From positions 186,028-250,000 of the forward strand of contig JBDOQK010000023.1 in the NCBI GenBank assembly GCA_040437565.1: 63,973 nt of DNA, written 5' to 3'. The DNA comes from Albugo candida (taxonomy: Eukaryota). The notes under the pieces are model-generated. The model ran no database searches and was not told the DNA's origin. It saw nothing but the letters and a program-made list of their open reading frames with translations. The translations under genes and the position numbers were made by a program. The first letter of the stretch is position 1. Each line of letters opens with the position of its first letter. Of the stretch, positions 1 to 12,824 are shown piece by piece.

Positions 1-493
1 TATTTGCGTTAGATGTTGTAATCATTTGAATGTTGTGGGTACCTGCAAGTTAATCTGTATGTCACAAGCCAATTTGGACCATGTGTATCTGGAACTCTCG
101 ATAGGAAGTTGGTATGAAGCAAGTCAATTGGTTCCAGAAGAGACGAAAAAAATTGTCTTCAAGGAATAGTATCTAGGGAAGCTATCCCACCCATAAGCTA
201 TTCCTACGTTCTGACTTCTACATAATGCAAAATTCTATCGAGAAAGATATGCAATTCTGACAGTTGACACCTGGAGTAAAAGTATCCGTTTGAATGCTTT
301 AGTCGTCAGTACGATCATGAATGTAAATTGCCGCCAAGAGGATATGCACATGGAGTACTGGCTCCTCGTGGACCCGAAACTCTTTTATTTCACGACAGAA
401 AAAAAATGCGCTGCTTTCCAAGTACATAAGATTTAAGCTCAAGCAGCAGTAGGTCTACGCGCATACATAAGTGTGATTTAAGCGCATAACTTG

Positions 494-817
494 ATCAAAA
501 AATAGCTTTCCTTCGTATCGATAAAAGAGCACATGCAGACGTGTTCCCGGGTACATCCACCAGTAAAAATCGTCATCTCTTTGAAGTTCTTCATGAAAAT
601 TGGTGNNNNNNNNNNNNNNNNNNNNNNNNNNNNNNNNNNNNNNNNNNNNNNNNNNNNNNNNNNNNNNNNNNNNNNNNNNNNNNNNNNNNNNNNNNNNNNN
701 NNNNNATCAAAAAATAGCTTTCCTTCGTATCGATAAAAGAGCACATGCAGACGTGTTCCCGGGTACATCCACCAGTAAAAATCGTCATCTCTTTGAAGTT
801 CTTCATGAAAATTGGTG
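494..817. repeat. Unmerged assembly overlap: 494-605 repeated at 706-817 around the 100-N gap 606-705
   Basis: Identical 112 bp on both sides of the N run. Confidence 0.9.
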
Positions 818-3524
818 TACACCCCAGCACACTTTAATGATGCTTCCTCGCACTGTGAAGGAGCGCGCCAGGATGATGATGATGGGGACGGCTTATCACA
901 ATATACATTTCACCACCGCTTATCGTAAACCTAAAGCGCGCAAGATCCTGACGACGCAATGCAAATTTTTTCATGAATCCAACCTGTAAGATTGATCATG
1001 CCGCTACGTGCCTGCGGTAGGCGGTAAGAAGATTCCTGCCGTCACCCACGCAACGTTTCTAGCAAAGGCTGAGAAGCTACGCGAAGAAATGCAGTACTGT
1101 CAGCCACTGACGTTGTCGTTGAGTGCTACAGGGAAGAAAGTGCCATTTCTCTCGATCGAGACGTCTCAGACAGCATCGGCTCCATCCACGAATATTTCAG
1201 ACAAATGTGGTAGCAGTGAGGAGCATAGCAGTTGAGAAAAGTAAGAGTTTTTTCGAGGTGCGCTACTGCAACGCTGTTGCTGACGATGCAGCTGGGTTGG
1301 TCAAGCGCTTGTTTTCTTCACTAAAAATGCAGTGCGTGGCTTCTGGGGCGTTCGAATATCCGCGGAACTGAAGCCGGATTTTACCAAAGTGGCAAACAGA
1401 TGCACGGATCGAATTGTAATAAACTGCAACGAAAGTCGATTACAGATGCTCGACGCATTCATCTTGTGCTGTACTTGGAAAAATGTAACTCATGCGTGTC
1501 CAGGTACTACCTTCAACCACGACGTCGCACTTGTAGCCGCAAGACACATGTGAAGCGTTAAAGGAGACAACCGACCTGCATAAACATTGAGAAAGAATTA
1601 CATAGTCGATCCTCCATTTCAACGAAGTTACCTCGGGCCGCTGTGACCCCGGACACAATCGCTCTCTACCAGCGCACATTGAATCAGCGAAGATGATTTT
1701 GAAGAGTCTGTGAACATGAGTGAAATCCTATCTTTTGGTTCTGTAAATGGCATTTTTGCTCTTTCACGGGATATACTTTGTAAGCAAGACATTGGATCGT
1801 ATCTGAAAATGATAGTACTGGAGTGAGTGGTAACCCATCGCGATGAAGCATTATGATGTTGTAGTATGATTTGTTTTTAGCTGTCATCAACTGGAGATAC
1901 TCATAGCTCACATTCACTACTACCGATACATTAGTGCTGCCAAACGCGAGTGAGTTTCTTGCTCATCGTGTCGAAGTTTAGTGGGCGGTCTAATAAAGTG
2001 GAGGAACAGAATATCTAACAAGGTCTGGCAGTTTGTGAGATGGATCTTGGACAAAATGACAAACACGGAGAGATTGATTGCAAAACTTTCGAAATCTTTC
2101 ATCAAGTACATGACATTTTGAGCGCTCAATGGCAAATGCAGAATGAAGAGGAGATGAAGAAACTGCTAGATACATCAGGAGAAAGTGAAGCACTCAATCT
2201 TATCCCTGCAATACAATGTATGCGCGTACCGATCTCTTCCTCGGCATAAGTCGATATATTGTGCCGCAGATAAATCTACCGCATGTGCGATTTTGGTTCG
2301 AAGTATTATCATAGGGAACATAATGTTTGTTCATTTTGTATCGGACAGCAAAAGTTTTCGACTTGATATAAAGTAAGGCGAATATGCCAATTTGCCACTC
2401 TATGATCAAATCATCCAAACGATTGACTCGTAGAATCCCGCATACGGACAAGAAGAAAAGAGACATAAACCTTCGAAGAGAGTATTTGAAAGCAAGGTAC
2501 AAAATCTTATCTGGCAAAAGAGTGACTTATGATGTGGACGACTAGGATACAGAGAAACGTAATCAATTATTTTGATGACTCACTTCATCCTGCAACCGAA
2601 ATGGCCCCTGAACTTGACAGGCTCGCACAGCCTGTGATGCGAATCATCAGCTTCTTTCTTCATCTCAGAGATTTCGTCAGACTCACCCTTACGAATAAGG
2701 TAGTTTTCTGTCGTTGATTCAATTCACATTCCTTTCTTTCTCAGAATCACGATAGCATTTCAATAAGATGAGCGAGCTTCCCGAAATCTGGAAGGAATAT
2801 CTTTATCGAGGTAAGGACAAACTAGGCATCTATGTGGAAGATACTCAATCTCTGCCCAGATTTTCCTGCTACTGTGGCCCCAGAGAAGGCTCTTCATCCT
2901 AAAGCACAATATCTTCGCATTTTCTTGCGGAAAAAAATGGTACACAAAAGGAAGCACTGTTTGAATCCTTTGGAAACACCCTATAGTCCATGCTTTCGTT
3001 GGTCCATTTGCAAGTAGAAGGAAGCGCGAATGTCGTCGTCACATTAACTTCAAATTGCTGAAAGAAAACGTCACTGGTTTGAGCCCAGGAACAAAAATCT
3101 GAATATTGGAGGATTTGTTTCCAAATGTGAAATATGCAAATTGACCATTTTATTTCAACCTTGAGAATAGAAGCGCTGCTTGATCAAATGGTACTATCAT
3201 AGTCGTACCCACGATAGCTCGCGTGACTGATCGATTGGGGTATCTTTGCTTCGATTGTCACCCCAAGTATAGGAGATCAAGTCGGGCTTCCCGCATCGAC
3301 TTGATTCCCTTTCTCCCGCCTAAACGTTATTTTCGAATCGATCCAACAGTAGGCGCACGCTGGCTCCCAGTATGGTTCACTGTCCAAAGGCCATGTCGGC
3401 AAAAGTATCTCTGATTCCTACCTCGCTAAGATGACCCCAGGACTTGATCCTTCTATGGATCGACGTTAAGCTTCTATTAACTGTGAACGAAACTTACAAT
3501 CTAGAGACACTTCGACGCGTTGTA

Positions 3525-4720
3525 ATGGAAAGCATACTGGAAGAATGCGAAGAATTACCCACCAGAATCTCTGTCTCCCACATTTGCCAGAATCTTTCTG
3601 TTAAAGGCGACATAATTGTTCGTCTGTTGTTTGAGACGTTATACTGATACTCACACACAATTTCGTATAAGATTTATGCACACAACACTGAGATTATCTT
3701 TGCGGATACGATCGGGGAGATTACTAAAAAGTCTTCGGATCCGATTGGCACCATCCAACAAGTTCGAATGTGCTCATTACCAAGTATCTGCATTGTAGTG
3801 GTTACCACAGACGTTGGAATACAGGTTATGTGGCTGATTTCTTTGGCAGAACAATATGAATAAAGATTTACTATCTCAAGGCCCTTGATAAGAGTGGAGC
3901 AAAGCCCATGCTTCAATATCCATCGCCAAACCAAGTACAGACTAAAGGTCACAATGTATGCCCGCAATATGAGATCGGATTGATAATTATAATACTCGAT
4001 GTAGTGGATGACTGTGGCTTTTATCGCGGTATTTCCGCGCTCGAATTGATGGAGCATATATTCTTAGTCGTCGGTACGCACACCAATGGCGATTTTTTGA
4101 CGTAGCTGATTGATCTCGATGTAGGCACATCAACAGGCGATATCTTGTTCTTTAAATCGAAAAGCACGCTGAAGTCAGCTCCCCTTCCAAAAATGGAGCT
4201 ATTGCGTAAAATCAATTGCCATGACCACGCTGTTTGTAGTGCTGAAAGCACCCTCAGTGGCTCTTTTTTGGCCACGTCTGATGAATACGGCACGGTGATC
4301 CTGTATGATCCAAACAATGATTTTGACATTTTACACCGGATCAACGGAGCCGGCTATTCTGTGACCACTATGAGATTTCTTAATGATGACTGGCTAGTTT
4401 GTGGGCATCTCAATGGTCTCGTTCATTTCCACAAAACATCCGATGCAAAACTTTACGCCCGACTCGCCGCACATGCTCGCGCACTCACCGCCATGGATTC
4501 TTTCGGCATGAGGTTCATTACGGTTGGCGAAGACACATTTATGAATGTATGGGAGCTGAATATCAGTGCGGAAATGCCTGAGGTCGAGCTATTGGAGTCA
4601 AAGGAGATCCAGGATGAAATCTTGGTCGGAGTTGCGTTCGATAGCGACACGCGTATGGTGTATACCGCATCATATGACAATACTTACTTAAGAAGCTGGA
4701 AAGTAGAGTTCGACGACTAA
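3525..4720 (+). CDS. WDR54: WD40-repeat protein, WDR54-like (multi-exon)
   Basis: The last exon (ORF 4145-4720) has WD repeats with AHARALTAMD..GEDTFMNVWEL. Upstream pieces SHICQNLSV (ATG 3525), VVTTDVGIQ and FYRGISA follow the WDR54 motif order as recalled, separated by short GT-AG introns. The exact 5' exon structure is uncertain. Confidence 0.7.
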
Positions 4721-4851
4721 TTACTAGATAAAAGTTCAAAGAAACCACTTGAATCACTGTTGCTTGTGAGATTCAGGGTCCTGATAGCGTCTCCACATGA
4801 TCCTGAAATAGAAATTATGACATAATTGGAGGCATCAGGCGCGTTTCCAGG

Positions 4852-5278
4852 ATGGTAAGAGTCTGATGAAAGGCGAGGCATTATTGAGAGCTGCTGCGTA
4901 GCCCGGTTATGAAGCGGAAGAGACAATTAAGCGACTAAAGAGCCATAAAGGAGTACAAGCAGTGTTAATTGTGAATCAGGAGGGAATTCCTATCTATTCG
5001 AGCACAAATGACGAGGAATTCGCAACAGATCACGCAGCTTTGATATCGCAATTGGCGGCCAAAGCCAAATCCACTATTCGAACCCTTGATCCAACAAATG
5101 ACGTCACTTTCTTACGCATTCGATCAAAAAAGCACGAGATTATGATCGCACCAGGTAGAGCCTTTTTTCAAAATGGATCCATTTTCACTGTCTACTCTTA
5201 GACAAGGAATACGCTTTGATTGTCATACAAAGTCCGAATCCGACATTAGCGAACGATTCACAGGATAGTACTAGCTGA
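4852..5278 (+). CDS. DYNLRB: Dynein light chain roadblock (LC7), 3 coding exons
   Basis: ATG 4852 followed by intron GTAAGA..TAG (4855-4901). Exon 2 reads PGYEAEETIKRLKSHKGVQAVLIVNQEGIPI..RTLDPTNDVTFLRIRSKKHEIMIAP. A second intron ends at 5201, then DKEYALIVIQ and TGA at 5276-5278. Confidence 0.92.
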
Positions 5279-5685
5279 CAAGTAGTACGAAATATGTTTG
5301 ACGCAATATCAAAATCGAAAGCTATGTATCTGGATTTAAATTTCCCGGAGGATCTTTGTGCTTGTTTCTGCGATAGAGGATGGGAATGTGTCTTATCAGC
5401 TTATTTCCACTCTCTCTTTTGAATTGAATTTCTGCGAATGAAGCTTAGATCATTCTTTCATTCAGGGCTCGTACGTTAAATGCTTCGCTTGTGTCTGCGT
5501 CCATCTCGATCAGTAACCCGCTGGTCTAAGGAGCTCTATGAGTGCCGAAAAAATATGTTGCAGCATGAACATGCACACGATAGTCAGATCTGCCAAAGTA
5601 GCATTTTATACAAGAAAGGTATCGGTCGATCAAACGGCAAAATTGAACATTATATTGAGTCAGCATGATGAGTAAATTCAATTGA

Positions 5686-7191
5686 TTAGAGTCCAAAAGG
5701 GGCCGCTTGGCTCGTCTCCGTTGCATTATAGTATACATTTGCCTGGAATTTAGGTGGACAAAATGGGAACTTGACAGATGTGTCCACAGGAGAAAACAAC
5801 TCTTCACCAGATATATAGGTAACGTAGCACCCCAAGAAACCACAGATCATAACAACGAGGCAGCCTAGAATTTTTTCAATCAGTGAAACTTGTTCCCGAT
5901 TCTTTTTCAGATAAAAAACAATCGGCAGAATGATACAGGTCAATGTTACCGCAGAAGCGCCAATGAAGTCGGTAAATTCACGAAAATGATCTTTGAAAAG
6001 TATTGCAACGGCAACCAAGACAGCAACCACAGTAATTCTCAACAGTACAAACCTTATGGCATTGCTCGGTTTGCTATATTCTGCGAGTTCGGCGGCATAC
6101 GAGTCATCATCGTCACATGTTTGCTCCAAATCAGCAAATGAAGTGATCGAGGCTTTACTCGAGTGTCGTTCAATTGCTGGTTCGAGGGTCATTATTGCAG
6201 CACTTGGTGTTGCAAATTCATTATAATCTGGATGTCCTTCATCTGCGATAGAGTTGTGAGATTTGTGCATTCCCAACAAAAATCGTTCCAACATGTAGAA
6301 TGCTGGGTACACAATGACGCCAAAAGCTATAGTAATGTGAAGTTGCATGAACAGAAATGCTATCACCACAGCACCCTTGTTGGGTCGAAATCCCATCAGG
6401 CTTAATCCTGTCGCCGGATCAGGGAAGATAGCAAACAGAAGATTTGACGCGACTTGACATCCAACTGCTGAGTATCCGGTGGAGGCAATAGTGAGGAACA
6501 AGCACGATACAAAAATCAGTGTGACTCCAACGACACGCGGCATCCGCGTTGGATCAGAGTGCTGTCTTTGCAACGCAGGAATGACAATACCAGCTCCATA
6601 AGCAAGTGATAAATTTCCAAAAGCTCCAGCAATTTGTTTGAAAGCCAGGTCTGGTTCAGGAACGCTTGGATGTCCTTTCATTCCATAGAGTAATACGGTT
6701 ATTCCAATGGCATCTGCAATGATCGTTCCAGCACAACCAGCAAAGGCAGCTGATGCCCCTTCTTTCAGCGTCGGAGTTAAACAAATTGGCAACAAAGAAG
6801 CGGCCATAAATATGATCCAGACCGATGAAGAAAGGGTACCGGGAAAAAGATCAACTAATAGTGTTCCTCCCAGCACTAGAAATGCGCACGGAATAAGGAG
6901 GCAATTGGCCATTTGTGCAAAGACGACAAGATATCGCCCGAAAGTCCCCATGCACCACTGACCCAAATCGCTATACGTCTTAACGGTTCGAGGTGCACCC
7001 AACAGGACCTTTGAACAACAGACGGAGGCATAGATGTTGGCAAACGCCATAAACGCCATTGCTATTGTCGCTAAATAGGGTCCAGCGCGTGCAAAATTTC
7101 CGGGCATTCCAAGCGTCCCAATGCCGTAAACACAACAAAAAAGACTGAACGATATTTTGGCATCTTCAAGTGTAAAAAATGCTTTTCCCAT
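5686..7191 (-). CDS. Amino acid/auxin permease (AAAP, Aa_trans) family transporter
   Basis: 501 aa intronless ORF with many hydrophobic segments and motifs FCCVYGIGTLGMPGNFARAGP, TYSDLG and IVIPALQR. Confidence 0.9.
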   Translation of the reverse strand: MGKAFFTLEDAKISFSLFCCVYGIGTLGMPGNFARAGPYLATIAMAFMAFANIYASVCCSKVLLGAPRTVKTYSDLGQWCMGTFGRYLVVFAQMANCLLIPCAFLVLGGTLLVDLFPGTLSSSVWIIFMAASLLPICLTPTLKEGASAAFAGCAGTIIADAIGITVLLYGMKGHPSVPEPDLAFKQIAGAFGNLSLAYGAGIVIPALQRQHSDPTRMPRVVGVTLIFVSCLFLTIASTGYSAVGCQVASNLLFAIFPDPATGLSLMGFRPNKGAVVIAFLFMQLHITIAFGVIVYPAFYMLERFLLGMHKSHNSIADEGHPDYNEFATPSAAIMTLEPAIERHSSKASITSFADLEQTCDDDDSYAAELAEYSKPSNAIRFVLLRITVVAVLVAVAILFKDHFREFTDFIGASAVTLTCIILPIVFYLKKNREQVSLIEKILGCLVVMICGFLGCYVTYISGEELFSPVDTSVKFPFCPPKFQANVYYNATETSQAAPFGL

Positions 7192-7995
7192 AATGAAATT
7201 CAGTGTTGAGATTATAGATTATAATATTAAAATGTGTCAAGTATCCAGATTGTGTGTGCTCGCCAAATGAAATAATGTATAGTGAGACACTATTGAAACG
7301 TGATGTTCTTAAGGTACAAATTCTCCGCTGCAAAGAAATAGAGAATAATTTCTAGTCGCTACATATTCTCATATAATTTCGGACGATGGGGCCCTATACC
7401 TTGTGTATCCTTTACGTGAGCGATACATTCAGAGTCGGATCATTTCTACTGCCTAAATGATCGTCTTGAGCTCGTGGTTTGCAGCTCAGAACAGATCTGA
7501 ATCCTTAACGTCTAAATTACTACTTTTTCTAAGATCTTCGTAGTGAGTTGCTTCCTAATATGTATTGCTGGCTATCTACGCTGTACACAGCACACGAAAC
7601 TTTACGTACTTTGCTTTCATTGGTCGTCCAAAACTGCTTGTGACTATACATTTCGTCCTTTATTATCTTGATTATACAAAGCTACGAATAAGGATACATG
7701 ATAGATTCTAGTTTTGCTATGGTCAGTGGTACGTTTACTGAATGTCAGCTCGTGGTCAATAATCTAAAGAGGCGGTTCATGAAGGAAAGCTAGGGGCTCC
7801 CAAAGAGAAGGGTGCGACACACGTTAAGTGACAAAATTGGCCTATAACAATCTAGTAAAGATTATCTGATCACACGATGTGCTTCTACACAATCAGATGA
7901 AAAATGTGCCGCTCTATATTAGGCATTCGAGGACAAAAACACGCTTGTGCCTGTTAAAACTGCACATACGTGTACCCTTTCACAGCTAAACAAGC

Positions 7996-9432
7996 TCAAT
8001 AATACGACACACTCTCGTACACCGGTGCGCAATATGGGAATTTTTTGAGCGCTTCTTGCACTGGAAATAAAAGTGTTTTGGCTGACGTGTATGTCACGTA
8101 GCTTCCAAGAAGCGAACACACTATGAGTATAAACACAGCCCCGCATTTTTCATAAAGAACTACTTTTTTCCACTGCTTTCGGAGGTAAAATATAATCGGG
8201 AGTATGATGCAGCTTGCAGTCATTGTGGTTGCTCCGATAAGATCTATGAATGCTTGTAATCGTTTCTCAAATAAAATAGCTAACACCACCAAAATCACTA
8301 AAATTCCAGTTCGTAAAAGTGTGTATCTGACAACCATTTTTGGTTGACGATACTCTGCGAGTTCGACTCTGTACAGCGAGTTGTCATCACAGTCTGATTC
8401 CGAGACGATGAATGAGGTGGCTGAGTTTTTTTCTGATCGGATTCCGGCATCCGCTGTGGGAGTCGCTACCTCTGCATAGTTCAATTCGAGATCTTCGGTG
8501 GCTCTTTTGTCTGCATGCATACCCAAAAATGTACGTTCCAATAAATAAAAAGCAGGATGAATGACAATTCCAAAAGCAGTTGTAATGTGCAGTTGCATTG
8601 CTAAGAATGCAACCACCACAGCTCCCTTATGTGGCACGAATCCTAGCGAGCTCAGACCCGTCGTTGGGTCAGGATATATTGCAAAGAGGAGGTTAGCGGG
8701 TAGTTGACATCCACCAACTGCGTATCCAGCCGAGGCAATCAAGAGAAAAAGACACGAAATGAGGATCATTGTTGTCATGATAACCCGAGGCATACGCTTT
8801 GGATCGCTGTGTTGTCGCTGTAACGCAGGAATGACTATTGTTGCGCCATAAGCCAAGGATAAGTTGCCAAATGTTCCAGCCACTTGCTGAAAATCTAGGT
8901 CAGGCTGTGGTATACTTGGATGTCCCTTCATTCCGATGAGTACCACACATACGCCAACAATGTCTGCCACGATCGTTCCAATGCACCCTGCTAGTGCAGT
9001 GATTGCCCCCTCTTTCAAAGTCGGGATCAAGCAAACAGGTAGTAGCGTCAACGCCATGAGAATAGACCATAGAGAAGATGGAAACGTTTTTGGAAATAAA
9101 GCATCTAATAGAATACCACCAAGCACCAAAAACACGCATGGTATCATCAAACAATTGACAATCTGAGTGCTTACGACCATACAACGCCCTGCCTTTCCAA
9201 AACACCATTCACCAAGATCTCCATACGTGCGTACCGATCTCGGACATTGCAAGAGGACTTTGGAACAAGCTACTGACGCATATGTATTGGCAAACGCCAT
9301 AAACACGAGAGCGGTGGTTGCAAGGTACGGGCCCGCTCGTGCGAAATTCCCGGGCATTCCCATAGTTCCAATACCGTAAACGCAGCAAAAGAGATTGAAC
9401 GAAATTCGCGCGTCTTCCCACGTGAGCATCAT
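7996..9432 (-). CDS. AAAP family transporter, tandem paralog of 5686-7191
   Basis: 478 aa ORF with the same motifs, colinear with the neighbouring permease. Confidence 0.9.
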   Translation of the reverse strand: MMLTWEDARISFNLFCCVYGIGTMGMPGNFARAGPYLATTALVFMAFANTYASVACSKVLLQCPRSVRTYGDLGEWCFGKAGRCMVVSTQIVNCLMIPCVFLVLGGILLDALFPKTFPSSLWSILMALTLLPVCLIPTLKEGAITALAGCIGTIVADIVGVCVVLIGMKGHPSIPQPDLDFQQVAGTFGNLSLAYGATIVIPALQRQHSDPKRMPRVIMTTMILISCLFLLIASAGYAVGGCQLPANLLFAIYPDPTTGLSSLGFVPHKGAVVVAFLAMQLHITTAFGIVIHPAFYLLERTFLGMHADKRATEDLELNYAEVATPTADAGIRSEKNSATSFIVSESDCDDNSLYRVELAEYRQPKMVVRYTLLRTGILVILVVLAILFEKRLQAFIDLIGATTMTASCIILPIIFYLRKQWKKVVLYEKCGAVFILIVCSLLGSYVTYTSAKTLLFPVQEALKKFPYCAPVYESVSYY

Positions 9433-9489
9433 GCTTTGGCCAAATTGGATAATAGAAGAACCTAAAGATACTCACCGCATGACTGGCGT

Positions 9490-11117
9490 GCTGATGATTA
9501 TCCCGATTTGATCCATAAAGCATAAAAAAAGATCAAATCGGTCTTTTCTCGTGATGATCAGTATCAGGTGCAGGAAAGACGCTAGTCAGTAGGCAAAATG
9601 CACCCACATCGACGCTTTTATTGACAGTTTCAAAACGCTTTTATAACGCTTTGCGTCATCATGTTGGATTCGAGTGGTAAGCACCAAGTGTATTTTATAG
9701 TAGTCTGTGTACTTTATATTTTGGCTCGAATTTTAGTGATTGTAAAATATCGAATGCTTTATAGCAGCAACCTTTTCTTGTCTCATCCGCCCATCAGCTG
9801 TTTATATATCAGCTACACATCTCCGAAAAATTTGTACACTTGTGTAATCAAGCTTTATTGCCTTTGAAAGCGTGTTGATTGCAAAATAGGGTTGTACGAA
9901 GATCGGGGGCTGTCTAGAGATGTATCATTGATAGCAAAAGCCGGCAGTGTAATGTCTTTACACTCAATCGAAACACAAGCTAGTCCTGGTATGTTCCGGT
10001 CGCTTTCCATCGCGTTCAAAGTACGCCGAGTGGGGTCTTGGAATTGATAAGACCTTCGACTGCTTTGACGAATGGTATAACAGCGGCTTATTCGAGCCTC
10101 TTCCTCCTCTACAATCACGCAATCGCGAAATCTTCGAGATTTCAAGAAATCATCACTGACAGTCTCTTTAGTCCTCATCGCATACTCATCTTCTTTTTCC
10201 TCCACAAGTCGTAAAAGTCGCTCGATGATTGAATATTCCACTTGGTCTTTTCGNNNNNNNNNNNNNNNNNNNNNNNNNNNNNNNNNNNNNNNNNNNNNNN
10301 NNNNNNNNNNNNNNNNNNNNNNNNNNNNNNNNNNNNNNNNNNNNNNNNNNNNNGCTGATGATTATCCCGATTTGATCCATAAAGCATAAAAAAAGATCAA
10401 ATCGGTCTTTTCTCGTGATGATCAGTATCAGGTGCAGGAAAGACGCTAGTCAGTAGGCAAAATGCACCCACATCGACGCTTTTATTGACAGTTTCAAAAC
10501 GCTTTTATAACGCTTTGCGTCATCATGTTGGATTCGAGTGGTAAGCACCAAGTGTATTTTATAGTAGTCTGTGTACTTTATATTTTGGCTCGAATTTTAG
10601 TGATTGTAAAATATCGAATGCTTTATAGCAGCAACCTTTTCTTGTCTCATCCGCCCATCAGCTGTTTATATATCAGCTACACATCTCCGAAAAATTTGTA
10701 CACTTGTGTAATCAAGCTTTATTGCCTTTGAAAGCGTGTTGATTGCAAAATAGGGTTGTACGAAGATCGGGGGCTGTCTAGAGATGTATCATTGATAGCA
10801 AAAGCCGGCAGTGTAATGTCTTTACACTCAATCGAAACACAAGCTAGTCCTGGTATGTTCCGGTCGCTTTCCATCGCGTTCAAAGTACGCCGAGTGGGGT
10901 CTTGGAATTGATAAGACCTTCGACTGCTTTGACGAATGGTATAACAGCGGCTTATTCGAGCCTCTTCCTCCTCTACAATCACGCAATCGCGAAATCTTCG
11001 AGATTTCAAGAAATCATCACTGACAGTCTCTTTAGTCCTCATCGCATACTCATCTTCTTTTTCCTCCACAAGTCGTAAAAGTCGCTCGATGATTGAATAT
11101 TCCACTTGGTCTTTTCG
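9490..11117. repeat. Unmerged assembly overlap: 9490-10253 repeated at 10354-11117 around gap 10254-10353
   Basis: About 764 bp apparently identical. It creates a spurious second copy of the 3' end of the MLO-like gene (ORF 9855-10241). Confidence 0.9.
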
Positions 11118-12824
11118 AACACGAAACACAATCTTTGCCAAGCGATTAAAACACAGCGTAGTGTAATGAAGCCCAAACGAGATCAAAATCTGGCGAAGGC
11201 TGGTGATGCTGATGACTCCTGTATGTTCTGGGTCCATCTGTTGAAAAGCACCTTGTACATCGGTGATCGATCGGTCTGACTCTTGTAAGTAATGGCGAAG
11301 ATTATTCACAAAATCTGCTCTAGCAGCCACCATTTCACCGAATTCTGTTATGACTTGATTCAATGCAACCACATCGACTTGGAATACACTGGAAACAAGG
11401 ACCAAATGTCGAAACATGGAAGGTTGGATGCAAAGCATATTGATAAGGAGAGGCAGTGGTCCAACTAATTCCGTCACACCGATTAAGCGATAGTTTCTCA
11501 CAAGCCGATGCATTATGAGCTGGAAAAATAAGGCACAAAAAAAACCATTTATCATCAATAAAACCTTCACAATGTAGTGCCATAGACCAGGCTGAAAGTA
11601 TTTGATTGTCAATTCAGGCCGAGGTGGAAGATCATCGCAATCGATTGACGTCTGGAGTTCATCGATTTCTTTCCTCGATTCTTTTCTTTTACAGCAGTGA
11701 AGTCGCAGCAATGTCCACATACTTGCGTTCCAAAAGTTTGGCTGGTTCATGTAATGTGCTTCTTGTTCTCCTTCTACGTGCTGCATCGCTTCAATCACAT
11801 TTGTGGCTTCTTTTTCAGCAAGATGATGACGATGCTCAATTTTAGCTAGTTCTTGCAACCACTCACGGGAGTTTTGTACAGAAGTGTACCCAGCCGCCAA
11901 ATTGATTTGTTTTAGAGAGAATTTGAGATAATGCAGGACAATTGAATGACCACCCAGCAAAATGAGTGTCAGGATTGAAAAAGCATTCATGATCGCAACT
12001 GACTCACTCTCGTGATCCACAAGCTGCAATTCTCTCGCTGCAAAATTGACGACGAAAAGTAAGAGCAAGAAAAGCACCCAAGTAGAAAGCTCAACCTCAA
12101 TAAGGTGACTTATTTGATTATCTTGAACGCGCTTTAAATACTTTGCGAATGGAAACAGTTCGGGAAGGCCATACTTGCGTAAAAAGAAATGTCGAAGGGT
12201 TCTCATTTGTATGATTTGACGGAAACGCGCAGGGGTAAAAGTATCAAGTGTATGACGACGGCACCAAGTTCGATCATGTAACCACATCCAAGAGTTTCTG
12301 ATCTTATTCTCCGAACGCCGCCATGCTGACTGGTCCATTGCAATGTCCAAAATATCTCGAGCGGTGAATACTTCATCACGATCCATGCGATGATTAGCAG
12401 TTCGAAGCCAAAAAAATATGCGAATTGCTTGACAGATCAAAATCAAAGCCACAATAAAGACCGTCAAATCAGCTGCTTCAAAGGCCAAAACATTATGATT
12501 TCCTTCTTGAAAAGATCCCAGTTCACAAACGAATTTGATGCTGATGCTAATCAAGCCCAAAACCATTAATTCCCGATAAATTTTTCGTAACATTTCGTGA
12601 TATTTTGGGTACGGGCCCGCTTTACTCTCAATAAAATGCATACTTTGCTCAATGGCGATGACGACAAAAACTAGCACGAACAACATTGACATCACACGCC
12701 ATATCTCGATTTTATCTCCGATCTGAAATAAAGACGAGGAATCCTCATTCTCATTGTTTTCGTGTTTGGATGTTTCATTTACTTTTTCGATTAGCAGTCG
12801 GGAATTATGGACGAACATATGCAT
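10719..12824 (-). CDS. MLO-like multi-pass membrane protein with C-terminal EF-hand-like motif
   Basis: IEQSMHFIE..EMLRKIYRELMVLGLIS and TLRHFFLRKYGLPELFPFAKYLKRV..STWVLFLLL parallel the MLO motifs ALEKIKEELMLLGFIS and LRHGFI..FDFHKYIKR..W. C-terminal AFQQMDPEHTGVISITSLRQIL resembles an EF-hand. Confidence 0.75.
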   Translation of the reverse strand: MHMFVHNSRLLIEKVNETSKHENNENEDSSSLFQIGDKIEIWRVMSMLFVLVFVVIAIEQSMHFIESKAGPYPKYHEMLRKIYRELMVLGLISISIKFVCELGSFQEGNHNVLAFEAADLTVFIVALILICQAIRIFFWLRTANHRMDRDEVFTARDILDIAMDQSAWRRSENKIRNSWMWLHDRTWCRRHTLDTFTPARFRQIIQMRTLRHFFLRKYGLPELFPFAKYLKRVQDNQISHLIEVELSTWVLFLLLLFVVNFAARELQLVDHESESVAIMNAFSILTLILLGGHSIVLHYLKFSLKQINLAAGYTSVQNSREWLQELAKIEHRHHLAEKEATNVIEAMQHVEGEQEAHYMNQPNFWNASMWTLLRLHCCKRKESRKEIDELQTSIDCDDLPPRPELTIKYFQPGLWHYIVKVLLMINGFFCALFFQLIMHRLVRNYRLIGVTELVGPLPLLINMLCIQPSMFRHLVLVSSVFQVDVVALNQVITEFGEMVAARADFVNNLRHYLQESDRSITDVQGAFQQMDPEHTGVISITSLRQILISFGLHYTTLCFNRLAKIVFRVRKDQVEYSIIERLLRLVEEKEDEYAMRTKETVSDDFLKSRRFRDCVIVEEEEARISRCYTIRQSSRRSYQFQDPTRRTLNAMESDRNIPGLACVSIECKDITLPAFAINDTSLDSPRSSYNPILQSTRFQRQ

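Noticed and set aside
1-3450. Short ORFs at the window start
   Set aside because: No recognisable family or consistent exon chain; cannot be supported
9855-10241. Apparent third, truncated MLO-like gene
   Set aside because: Identical to 10719-11105 and lies in the gap-flanking overlap; assembly artefact
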